Part shown: positions 20,062 through 29,200 of the stretch, piece after piece
How the letters are laid out: each line of letters begins with the position of its first letter
How positions within the stretch are numbered: position 1 is the stretch's first letter
IMG/VR virus record: IMGVR_UViG_3300029955_000004
Coordinates: 1 to 64,000 of that record
Reading direction: 5' to 3' (one strand)
DNA from: an uncultured virus (IMG/VR IMGVR_UViG_3300029955_000004)
Lineage: Duplodnaviria > Heunggongvirae > Uroviricota > Caudoviricetes
DNA: 64,000 bases
Notes under the pieces: model-generated
What the model was told of the DNA's origin: nothing
The model's database searches: none
What the model saw: the letters and a program-made list of their open reading frames with translations, nothing else
Position numbers and translations under genes: made by a program

Positions 20062-20427
20062 ATGACTTATTTTCCTCTTGTTGTTGCTAGATTCTTTACG
20101 ATCACTCTTGACAAGGATGTTCTCGAACATACCAAGACTTACGAACATGAAAAAGAGACATACGAGTTCATCGTGAAGTGGACTGGCCTGACTCCGACCT
20201 GGAAAGTCGTCGCGCAGTTTAACTGCTTGATCAGAAATCTTGGAGGTTGGGCTCCCCTGACTTTCCTGTCGCTGATCGGCTTATCAGTCGAATATGGGTT
20301 TAACTCCAAGCTGTTCCTGGCGGCCCCCGTGGCGCTTAGTTTCGATCTGGTGGTGCTTCTTACCAGCATTATCCAGAAACTGAGCAATCCCATTTTTGGG
20401 CTTCTTTATAAGGAGGAACATATCTGA
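20062..20427 (+). CDS. Early hypothetical membrane protein
   Basis: ATG at 20062 with GAGG RBS; two hydrophobic segments; GC-richer codons. Confidence 0.7.
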   Translation: MTYFPLVVARFFTITLDKDVLEHTKTYEHEKETYEFIVKWTGLTPTWKVVAQFNCLIRNLGGWAPLTFLSLIGLSVEYGFNSKLFLAAPVALSFDLVVLLTSIIQKLSNPIFGLLYKEEHI

Positions 20428-20434
20428 AAGGGAT

Positions 20435-20716
20435 ATGAACATGGACGAAAGCAATCTTGTTCCAAAACTGAGGTTCGAGTTCAATCTACTGATCCTGATG
20501 AGAGATAAAGATATACATGAAAATCAGGAACGGATGATCGGACTTCAGAACATTCTCATGAAATCTACTGCTTTTCCGAATAGCAGTGATGGCATCGTCT
20601 TCAAGGAGAACATCATTTCGGAAAACGAGCGCGAGTTCATTCTTGATATCATCGTCAAGAACACGCAGTTCAAGCTATATAGAAAGATGGGACTAGTTTC
20701 TGTTGTGTTTATATAA
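20435..20716 (+). CDS. Early hypothetical protein
   Basis: ATG at 20435/20441 after AAGGGA; ends before a hairpin. Confidence 0.7.
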   Translation: MNMDESNLVPKLRFEFNLLILMRDKDIHENQERMIGLQNILMKSTAFPNSSDGIVFKENIISENEREFILDIIVKNTQFKLYRKMGLVSVVFI

Positions 20717-20727
20717 GTGGAAACTAT

Positions 20728-20752
20728 GGGGGAGAGCATCATGCTCTCCCCC
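20728..20752 (+). terminator. Hairpin terminator
   Basis: GGGGGAGAGCAT-C-ATGCTCTCCCCC, then T-rich sequence. Confidence 0.75.
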
Positions 20753-20781
20753 TTAATATCTTTTCTTTTTTATTTGAGATA

Positions 20782-20789
20782 TATATTAC
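20782..20789 (+). promoter_or_regulatory. Early promoter motif TATATTAC
   Basis: Consensus upstream of the small ORF at 20837. Confidence 0.7.
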
Positions 20790-20836
20790 TTATTTGAAAG
20801 TTTTAACCCTATCTAATGTATGATTAGGAGAGAGAA

Positions 20837-20938
20837 ATGAAGGCCGATAAAGCAAATCTCGAAGGTGTTGTTTATCTCGCCTTCGCTATGTTCGGAATGA
20901 TAGTAATCATGGTGCTCGCATATACTCCGGCACAATGA
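20837..20938 (+). CDS. 33-aa single-TM peptide, not in the ORF track
   Basis: MKADKANLEGVVYLAFAMFGMIVIMVLAYTPAQ; AGGAG RBS; own promoter and terminator. Confidence 0.65.
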   Translation: MKADKANLEGVVYLAFAMFGMIVIMVLAYTPAQ

Positions 20939-20947
20939 TCATTAACT

Positions 20948-20977
20948 CTAGGGTGAGTTCATATGAACTCACCCTAG
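20948..20977. terminator. Perfect 30-bp palindrome (CATATG centre)
   Basis: CTAGGGTGAGTTCATATGAACTCACCCTAG. Confidence 0.7.
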
Positions 20978-20995
20978 TATGTGGAGAATAATCAC

Positions 20996-21121
20996 GTGGC
21001 AAAAATATTTCTTTGTAAGAAACATGGATGTGGGCACGAACTAACCAGTATTAAAGATAACGAAGTCTGTGACTGGTGTGGCTCGCCCATGGAGAAAATT
21101 GCTGCAATATTCGGCGTGTGA
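20996..21121 (+). CDS. 41-aa zinc-ribbon peptide, not in the ORF track
   Basis: GTG start, GGAG RBS; CKKHGCG...CDWCG four-Cys pattern. Confidence 0.65.
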   Translation: MAKIFLCKKHGCGHELTSIKDNEVCDWCGSPMEKIAAIFGV

Positions 21122-21124
21122 ATA

Positions 21125-21156
21125 AGAGAGGGAGTGGCATATGCCACTCCCTCTCT
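21125..21156. terminator. Perfect 32-bp palindrome (CATATG centre), bidirectional terminator
   Basis: AGAGAGGGAGTGGCATATGCCACTCCCTCTCT between convergent genes. Confidence 0.8.
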
Positions 21157-21171
21157 CACCTTTTATTTTTT

Positions 21172-21447
21172 CTATAAATCAAGATGTTCTGATAGAGTAC
21201 AATATCCAATACTTTCATTAGTAACATTTCTTCTAATATTAACAAGTTCGCAACAATTATTATTTATAACAGTTTGTCCATCATACATAATAATTTCATC
21301 ATTACAATATTTTTTAATATTTGTAATAATCACCATAGCATTAGGGACGTGATTTTTAAAAATAGGATCATTGATCTGACACATTGTAACGTCACCAATT
21401 TTCAAAGACTTTGAAAAAGTTTGTATTTGTGACATTTCAAATGACAT
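21172..21447 (-). CDS. Hypothetical protein (last gene of the rSAM operon)
   Basis: 91 aa; starts 6 nt after the rSAM stop, AGGA RBS. Confidence 0.65.
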   Translation of the reverse strand: MSFEMSQIQTFSKSLKIGDVTMCQINDPIFKNHVPNAMVIITNIKKYCNDEIIMYDGQTVINNNCCELVNIRRNVTNESIGYCTLSEHLDL

Positions 21448-21453
21448 CCTATT

Positions 21454-22749
21454 TTAGACTGGGAGTTTAAATTTATCTACAGAAAGGCCAAAAATGTTTT
21501 TTCTACTTTCTGGCAAAGTATCAGAACATATATAAAGAGGTACATAACCAGTTTGTGATTCAAATGCAACAGCAAATAAAGGAATAAGATTTGTATAAGA
21601 CATTTCGCAGGATGAAGCAAATAACTCATCTTGAATAAAGAAACAACTTCCTCTACATGTAGATAACACAGGACAATCTTTACAATTCTCTCGTCTAGAC
21701 CAATGTGTACCAGTATTTAATTTTACTTCATCGAGTTTTGTAATATCACCGATTTTATGAGATTCACCATTCTGAGCTATGGTATTAGCAGATGTATTTT
21801 GACATGTCAATATATCCCCATTCATATTAACAACGAGAACATTTTCTGCATCTAAACCACAACCTTGTGGATCATTAACATGACTTTCAACATTAAAATG
21901 GGAAGTCATAACATTTTTTTGATTTGGTAATCTATCAAATAAACCAGGATTTTGTTTAAACTCTAACCAGTTATATAGACGTAAACTTTGCATTTCTTCA
22001 TGAGTGAAATTAATCGAATCTTTACTATCATCAGAATAAGCAACAACATATCCCATTTCCGAGAAATTGATGATATCTCTCTTAGGAAATTTATTCATAA
22101 AGAATTCAATAATTTTTGATCTAGAGTAATTTTGTTTATTAAGAACAGATCCGAAACAGAATCTACCTTTGAATTTTTCCAAAATATAGTCGATAACTTC
22201 ATAGTTAGTATCTAATGGATCATCACCACGGACGTGTTGTCCAGGGCCATCGTGAGACATAGACATGGTAAATCCATTATCAAATAGAAAGTCAGCAATT
22301 TCTTTTGTAAGAAGACTACCATTAGTAATAATACCAAAATTAGTTTTTGGCATAAGCGGTCTTAGTTTTTCAATAAGAGGTTTTAATTTTTTCCAATAAA
22401 CTAATGGTTCTCCGCCCCAAAACTGTAATTTCCTAATACCACTTAAATCTACATTATCTATTAATTTATTAACAAATTCATCAACATCGTACTTATCTTT
22501 TGTTTCAGAGTGCGCTAAGAATTTCTGAGAACAATAACTACAATTGAAATTACAAGAAATGCCGAGCTGAATTTTCATGAAATAAGGAGTTCTTGATTTC
22601 TTACACGGAGTTTCTTTAGATACACTAAACGGAACTATAACTTCTGTAGATTCAATTTCCTTAGCTGAAATTCTATTCGTAAGACTATCAAAATAAAAAT
22701 ACTTTTGTTCTTCAGTTTCCCAATCTTCACAAAGAATTTTATAAATCAT
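21454..22749 (-). CDS. Radical SAM/SPASM-domain protein (peptide/protein maturase type)
   Basis: CNFNCSYC, FWGGEPL, ITNGSLL and SHDG core motifs; SPASM Cys set GCG...GDILTC...CKDCPVLSTCRGSC...C; probable start at 22749 with GAGGAG RBS. Confidence 0.93.
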   Translation of the reverse strand: MIYKILCEDWETEEQKYFYFDSLTNRISAKEIESTEVIVPFSVSKETPCKKSRTPYFMKIQLGISCNFNCSYCSQKFLAHSETKDKYDVDEFVNKLIDNVDLSGIRKLQFWGGEPLVYWKKLKPLIEKLRPLMPKTNFGIITNGSLLTKEIADFLFDNGFTMSMSHDGPGQHVRGDDPLDTNYEVIDYILEKFKGRFCFGSVLNKQNYSRSKIIEFFMNKFPKRDIINFSEMGYVVAYSDDSKDSINFTHEEMQSLRLYNWLEFKQNPGLFDRLPNQKNVMTSHFNVESHVNDPQGCGLDAENVLVVNMNGDILTCQNTSANTIAQNGESHKIGDITKLDEVKLNTGTHWSRRENCKDCPVLSTCRGSCFFIQDELFASSCEMSYTNLIPLFAVAFESQTGYVPLYICSDTLPESRKNIFGLSVDKFKLPV

Positions 22750-22765
22750 TGTACTTTTCTCCTCA

Positions 22766-23293
22766 TCAGTCACCGGAACCGGCACCATTAGACAAGTCTA
22801 CGATCGAACAATTACAGTTACAATTGTATTGACAATTACAATTACAATTACAATCGGCTTGTATACCAGTTGTATGACTATAAGCACACTGGTTTGTACC
22901 CATTGGAGTACAAGCACAATTACATTGTACCATATCCTCATTATAAATCCAATTTAAACCATCATAACAAGCATCGTAAGTAATAACAATTCCGCATTGA
23001 GAACCATCAAGTTTATAATAATTAGGACTACTAAAATTACACACAGATTCTTGCACACACTGTCCAGTAGAAGCACAATTTGTTGTAGTAGAAGTCGCTG
23101 TTCTTGTAATACTATTTTGAGAAGAAACAGGAGTAAAATAATTATATCCTCTTAAAGATTGTAACCCGTTTGCCATTCCATAAGGAGTATTTGCTTTAAT
23201 AGTTGCCATACTCAATGTAGCATTAGAAGCGTTACCCATTAATACATCTATATCAGAAAAATTAATAGCACCAGATGTAGGAATATTTGTCAT
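22766..23293 (-). CDS. Cys-rich protein (16 Cys, CNCNCNC repeats), probable rSAM substrate and possible virion adhesin
   Basis: Cys-free N-terminal ~70 aa (IPTSGAINFSDI...LQSLRG); C-terminus QCNCAC...DCNCNCNCQYNCNCNC; immediately upstream of the rSAM gene. Confidence 0.8.
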   Translation of the reverse strand: MTNIPTSGAINFSDIDVLMGNASNATLSMATIKANTPYGMANGLQSLRGYNYFTPVSSQNSITRTATSTTTNCASTGQCVQESVCNFSSPNYYKLDGSQCGIVITYDACYDGLNWIYNEDMVQCNCACTPMGTNQCAYSHTTGIQADCNCNCNCQYNCNCNCSIVDLSNGAGSGD

Positions 23294-23586
23294 TGTTGAT
23301 TACTCGTCAAATAAAGTAACAGATCATTTATGTCTGTACTGCCAGTTTCTATTCTTAATTTAATAAGATCTATGATTTCTCCTGTTGTATCAGATTTAAT
23401 TTGTGTAGCAAGTTCTGTGGCATAAGTCGTTAACGTATCATTAAAAAATCCATAAATATCTTGTTCTGTTAATATAGTAGTTTCTATAGTACTTTTACCT
23501 GTTGTATCAGCAGCAACTAATTTAGTTTTATAGGCAGTAATAGCTGTTGTTATCTGATCATTTGTAAAACTGGACGCAATGGGCAT
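23290..23586 (-). CDS. Hypothetical Thr-rich protein (first gene of the rSAM operon)
   Basis: 98 aa; strong RBS; ATGA overlap with the Cys-rich gene. Confidence 0.75.
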   Translation of the reverse strand: MPIASSFTNDQITTAITAYKTKLVAADTTGKSTIETTILTEQDIYGFFNDTLTTYATELATQIKSDTTGEIIDLIKLRIETGSTDINDLLLYLTSNQQ

Positions 23587-23603
23587 TCCTTTTCTCTCCT
23601 ATA

Positions 23604-25271
23604 TTAGAAAGGTCTTGAGACAGCTAATGCAAAATAATCAATACCATTTGTCTGTGCACCAATTAATAGTTGTTTCTGACTATTAATAACGGAAGCAATA
23701 CTATTTAAATAATTTAAGTTTTCTATATTTGCTGTATCTGACATCATTATGTTTCCAGAAGTCATATCGCCATCATAATCAGCATCAAGACCGGGTGCTC
23801 TTAATGCCGCAATAGTACAAGAATTATTAATAGGATTATCTAGGACAGGATATTGATTATATATCTTTCTTAAATTACCAGAAATAGCTGATCTCAGTTT
23901 TATGATACGACCAGGTGTCGTTGAAACCAAATGTATTTTACTGGGATAACAGGATTCATTCTGAATAACAGGATATCTAGTATTAAACATTGTCTTTTCG
24001 ATACCGTTATGAATAGCACTGAATGTTGACAAATAGAAAAGTTCTAACCAGGTTAAAGGTCTAATATATTCTTTTTTGATCTGTCTATTAAAAACATTTT
24101 TAAAGTCATTCATACCACGGAATAATGTAATTTCATCTCCTGTATCATATACCATAAACAGATAATATTCTTTATTATTTTTATCTCTAATACTAACAGG
24201 ACGTTTAGCAAAGTGAGGATTTTTAAATTTAGAAATAAGATCGCCAATAGCTTCATTTGTATTAAACTTAGCAAGTTCCTGATCAGTTACTTCCGTATAT
24301 TCTAGATTTAATGTCGATTTATTTGTTAATAGAATTTTATTATTACCTCTTTGTCCAAATATAAAATCAAAGAATGCTACTCTAACCCAATGAACAACAG
24401 CCGGTTGTAAACCTTTAGCTGCTTGTAATACACCAATCTTCGTTTCATCTGGTTTTATAACTTGTAAATCATTTGGTGTCATACATTGATATGAAGCACC
24501 CGTAATAACATTACGAGTTCCCCATGTAATCTTACGTTGTGCCCAAACACCATTAATAAATCCTTTTTTACCATCAACGATATTGTAAATATATTCATAA
24601 ATTTCAACCATCTTCTTTTGTAAATTTAATCTTACTGTATCGAACACAGCAGATTGCGCATTTTCCAATGAAGATAATGCTAATCCTAAGGATAAAGCGG
24701 ATGAATAAATCTTATTAATATCATCTTGAGAAATACGCTGTTGATCTTCTTCGATATCTCGTAAACCGGCAGGAAGTACTAATAAATATTTTGTAAATAA
24801 ATTACCTTCTTTCTTATATTTTTCAATATCTTTAATGCGATCTTCTCTAGCTCTAGATTCAGTTAATTTAAATTCTATTTTAGGAAGATACTTCATAAAG
24901 AAAGAGTAACCAGTACCGGCATCTATTGTTGTTTCAGGAGTTGGACACTTTTTAAAATCATTGATAGTATTATCAAAGATTGCATATTCTGTACCATTAA
25001 TAATATTCTCATAAAGAGATCCTAATTTTATAATATTTTTATAAATGAGAGGTTGTAAAATATAAGTATGCATATCTATATACCCAAAACTAACTAATCT
25101 TTTTGTATCACCGATCATTCCAAAAATCTGTTCTGAGAAAAAACCTTCTGAGTGAAATGATGTACTCGACGGTTCATAAATGGCATGCGACGTTATTGGT
25201 AAACAACCATTTTCTTTAATATATTGCTCTGGATTAATAAGCCAAATATTTAATGCATTTTCGACTATCAT
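23604..25271 (-). CDS. Virion RNA polymerase beta' catalytic subunit (phiKZ gp180-like)
   Basis: EGFFSEQIFG, FGYIDM, LLVLPAGLRD, GKKGFI, RNVIT, TRYPV and catalytic DADYDGD motif; probable start at 25271 after a GAAAGGA RBS. Confidence 0.93.
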   Translation of the reverse strand: MIVENALNIWLINPEQYIKENGCLPITSHAIYEPSSTSFHSEGFFSEQIFGMIGDTKRLVSFGYIDMHTYILQPLIYKNIIKLGSLYENIINGTEYAIFDNTINDFKKCPTPETTIDAGTGYSFFMKYLPKIEFKLTESRAREDRIKDIEKYKKEGNLFTKYLLVLPAGLRDIEEDQQRISQDDINKIYSSALSLGLALSSLENAQSAVFDTVRLNLQKKMVEIYEYIYNIVDGKKGFINGVWAQRKITWGTRNVITGASYQCMTPNDLQVIKPDETKIGVLQAAKGLQPAVVHWVRVAFFDFIFGQRGNNKILLTNKSTLNLEYTEVTDQELAKFNTNEAIGDLISKFKNPHFAKRPVSIRDKNNKEYYLFMVYDTGDEITLFRGMNDFKNVFNRQIKKEYIRPLTWLELFYLSTFSAIHNGIEKTMFNTRYPVIQNESCYPSKIHLVSTTPGRIIKLRSAISGNLRKIYNQYPVLDNPINNSCTIAALRAPGLDADYDGDMTSGNIMMSDTANIENLNYLNSIASVINSQKQLLIGAQTNGIDYFALAVSRPF

Positions 25272-25386
25272 ATTTTTCCTTTCATTATATATATTAGGAT
25301 TCATAATATCGTGTAATAAGTTAAATATTATTTATATTAAAAAATCATCTTATGATTAATTCATACTGGGTAGAAGGACCTATCCG

Positions 25387-26262
25387 ATGGACCAGACAGT
25401 TAGGTATTCCGATGAATTGCGAGATAAGATTTTTAATAAATCATTTACTGATGAAGATATTGAAAAAATAAAAGCTATTAAACAAGATAAAGATGCATTA
25501 GATAAATTTTCAGAGAAGATGATTACTGGCGGATTGATTACTCCAGATAATATCTATATCGATTTACAATATTTTAAAGATTTAAAATTAGGATCATTGA
25601 TGTCTCTTTTGTATAAAGAGTCAAAGATAAACGACGTTTCTGAAAAGTTTAATAAAATTAAATTAAACATGCAAAAATATACTGAAAGAAAAACGGACGA
25701 TCTTTCTAAGTATTTTGATATTGGATATACTAATGATGATATTGATAATCACCTAAACGATCCTCAGTATTCTGATGAAATATTTATGTTATCTCCAGCT
25801 ACAGCATTTATTCATGTATTATCATGTCAGACTCAAGTTAATGTTAATCATTCTGCTGTTATAGGAAAAAGAGATGTTATTACATTTACTGTTAATACTT
25901 ATCCACTTAACTTGGGCAATACACCAAAACGTCTTCTTGGAGATTTTATCAATAGTGTCTATTATTGTAATTGTAATGTAATTTATAAATCCCCTTCTGA
26001 TATAGCTAAGACAATAAAAGATTATGATGAATTATACTTATTCAATCTTGATAAACTAAGTCAGATTGATTTATTTCAAAAACAATTTTCAGAATTAACT
26101 TTCTTAGGAAAACGTATTTTTGCTCCTGCATTATTTAAAGATGAACATTCTTATAAAATTGAAGAAAGTCAAGTAAATGGATGGTTGAATTTAGGATGTG
26201 ATTTTACATATGTTAGATCTGAACAGTTTTCTCCTGGTGTAGAAAAGGACAATAAGAAATGA
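25387..26262 (+). CDS. Conserved jumbo-phage hypothetical protein
   Basis: 291 aa, AAGGA RBS, ATGA overlap with the tape-measure gene. Confidence 0.75.
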   Translation: MDQTVRYSDELRDKIFNKSFTDEDIEKIKAIKQDKDALDKFSEKMITGGLITPDNIYIDLQYFKDLKLGSLMSLLYKESKINDVSEKFNKIKLNMQKYTERKTDDLSKYFDIGYTNDDIDNHLNDPQYSDEIFMLSPATAFIHVLSCQTQVNVNHSAVIGKRDVITFTVNTYPLNLGNTPKRLLGDFINSVYYCNCNVIYKSPSDIAKTIKDYDELYLFNLDKLSQIDLFQKQFSELTFLGKRIFAPALFKDEHSYKIEESQVNGWLNLGCDFTYVRSEQFSPGVEKDNKK

Positions 26263-29200
26263 CAGACAGTATTTTTAATGGATTAGGATTATCAGATTTA
26301 AAATCTATAGACAATTCATCTCCTCCTAGTATTCAGAAAGAACAAATTAAAGATATAAATACTCCAGTCAAATCTCCTACAACAAATATCATTGATGGAT
26401 TAGATTTAGAAAGCGATAAATTAGATAACGTTATGAGTAAGATCAATAATACTTTTAAAACAAAGAATAGAGTGAAAGAATTAAGTATAGATTTGCATTC
26501 TATAGATTCTAATGCTTCTTTACAAAATACATCAGATTTACATTCATATATTCTAGATCGTAAAAAGATCGCTACTAATTTAAATACAGCATTTAAAGGT
26601 TCTGTTAGTAAAGCTGTTTCTGGAGATAATGAAAAAACTAAAAATACTGGAGCTACTGTTAAAGGTGAGTTTGATCTTGCTATTAATACAATCATAAATG
26701 AAAAGATTTTACTAAATGGATTTACAACATTAAACAGAATTAATATAAATCAATTACAAGTCTTGAAGAACATAAATAAATTTAATACATCTATCTTTAC
26801 AAACTATCTCTCACAGAGCTTATCATTACAATACAAACAGACCGCATTGACCAAAGATTTATTAAATGTTACAAGAGCAGTTGGGGCTATCATTGAAGGT
26901 AAGTTAGATGCCATCAAAATAAATACTTCATTGTCTATACCTAAAAAAGAATCGATGATTGATCATATCAAAGGAAGTATCAAGAAATCTTTTTATGATA
27001 AAATAGGAAGGACTGTTATAGATACTGGATATGACCTTGGAAAAAAGCATCTATTTGATCCTACACTAACAGCAGTTAAAGATATTAGTTCTGGTAGAAA
27101 ATCTGTAAAACAAGTTAAAGATGAATTATCTGCACATATGAAAAAACAATATGATCATTATTCTAAAAAAACTATAGATCTTAAAAGACACAGCTTTGAT
27201 GTAGCTAGAAGAAATGGTGGAAAAAGAACAGAGAACGTCCTTGATTTCTTAGATGATTCTGGTTCATATGTTAAAAATAAATCGATGGCAGCATACTCAT
27301 TCACTTTAGATAAATTACATGAATTTAATGAAAGTGATTTTAAGAAAGATATCATAAATAAATATGATACGACATCTAGACGTATTGGTGTAAATGCTAG
27401 AAATTATAAACGCAAATTTGACCATCTTCATCTTAAAGATCATATTGAAGAATTCATGTCAGATATGACTCCAGATATGATTAAGAGATTGGCGAATGAT
27501 AAGAAATTAAGAGATAGATATTTTAGAGCTAAAAAGAAACATATTCAAGATTTTATTAATAAGAATAAAACTGATTTAGGTGCTCATTATAGAGAAGTTG
27601 AAAAATCTTTAAAAGACAAAGTTACATGTTTTGAACAGTATGTAGATTCAAATGAATTTGTACATAAAAATCAAGTTAGATATAAAGCTTTAAAGCGCAA
27701 GATAAAAAGAACTGATTTCAAGAAAGAAATTACAAATAGTAAAAAATCAATTGGAAATAGATTAACAAATATTAAAAATAGTATTTTTGATGATAATGAT
27801 ATTCATGATGATATTACTGAAGATTATGTTAATTCTTCACATTCTAATAAATCTCATATCGCCAATGACGATATTGAAATTCTTAAGTTATATATTAATG
27901 AAATTAATAACTACAATAGAACAGGATCTGGTAAGATTCCGAGTGATGTTAAGAAACTAGCTAATGAATTAGGACTCATAAAGAAACAGTCTGTTAAGAA
28001 TAAGGTTAGAAATCTTTCAAGTAGATATATTCCAAAAGCAGCTTCTAAATCAGAGTTTACAAGAATTACTAAAAATGTTAGATCTACAACTACGAATAGT
28101 TATAACACAGCAAAAGATAAAGTACGAGATACATACAACTCTATTACTGAAGATGGTGTTTTAAATAAGATTAGTAAATTAAAATCTGGAATAGGAAATA
28201 AGATTCCATTATCTGAAGAAACACGAGATAAGATTTTAAGTTATCTTCCTGAAATTAATGCGCTTGCTGCTGGTAAGAAAATAGCCGGTGTTCCATTAGA
28301 TGTTTTAGAGATTTGTGGAGAAGCTGGTATTCTCCCAAGCAAAATTGTTTCGGTCGCTAGATTGGCTGATAAAGCAGTTGATAAAGGATACTTGCATCAT
28401 AGTGCTAAAGGTGTCACAAAGAGAGTTCTCAAAGGACAACTTGCTTATGGTACTGGTGGTTTGGGTGGTAGTTCTGAAGGAAATGGAATATATGGTGGTG
28501 GAGTCAATATAGATTTAAATCCGCTTAAAGAATCTATTGATAGTTTTCACCAATCATTTAGAACATTCAGTGCCGCATCGTTAAAAGTTTTTAAATCTAT
28601 GCAGACTGGTAGTGGTGCCACAGGGAATGGTTCTGGTAGCATAAATACTGTTCAAGAAAAAACTCGTATGCAAAAAATTATGGGTAAACTTAAATTCTGG
28701 AAAAAAGATAATACACCCAATAATAAACCTGAAGAGATTGGAGATATTCATAAATTATTTAAAGCTGCTACTACGGTTGTTGGCGGGTCTGCTTCTGTCT
28801 ATGGAAAATATTTAAAGTTTATGGGACATATTCCTGCCTTTGGTACAAAGGTATTGTTTGGAAAACATGAAAATGATCCATTTGTTGATGTTTATAGGAA
28901 AGATCAGAGAGATGCAGGACATCCTCTTGTTACCAAAAAACAATTAGAAAAAGGATGCTATTTTAAAGATGGTAATCCTGTTAGAAATGTCTCTTATATT
29001 AAAGAACCTATTTTTGATAAGAAAGGTAATATGCTTGTTAGTGAAGAAGATATTAAAGCTGGATTAGTGGATATTAGAGGAAAGAATATAGCGAATCGTA
29101 AATTTACAATATCTCGATTTGGTAAAATGGCGGATATTACTGGTATGCTAGGAAGTAAAGCATTAGGTATTACTGGATCTTTAGCTAAAGTTTATGGTCA

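Noticed and set aside
1760..21156. Palindromes as a CRISPR array or REP/MITE elements
   Set aside because: They are dispersed singly, the arms are not identical, there is no repeat-spacer periodicity, and no cas or transposase gene is present
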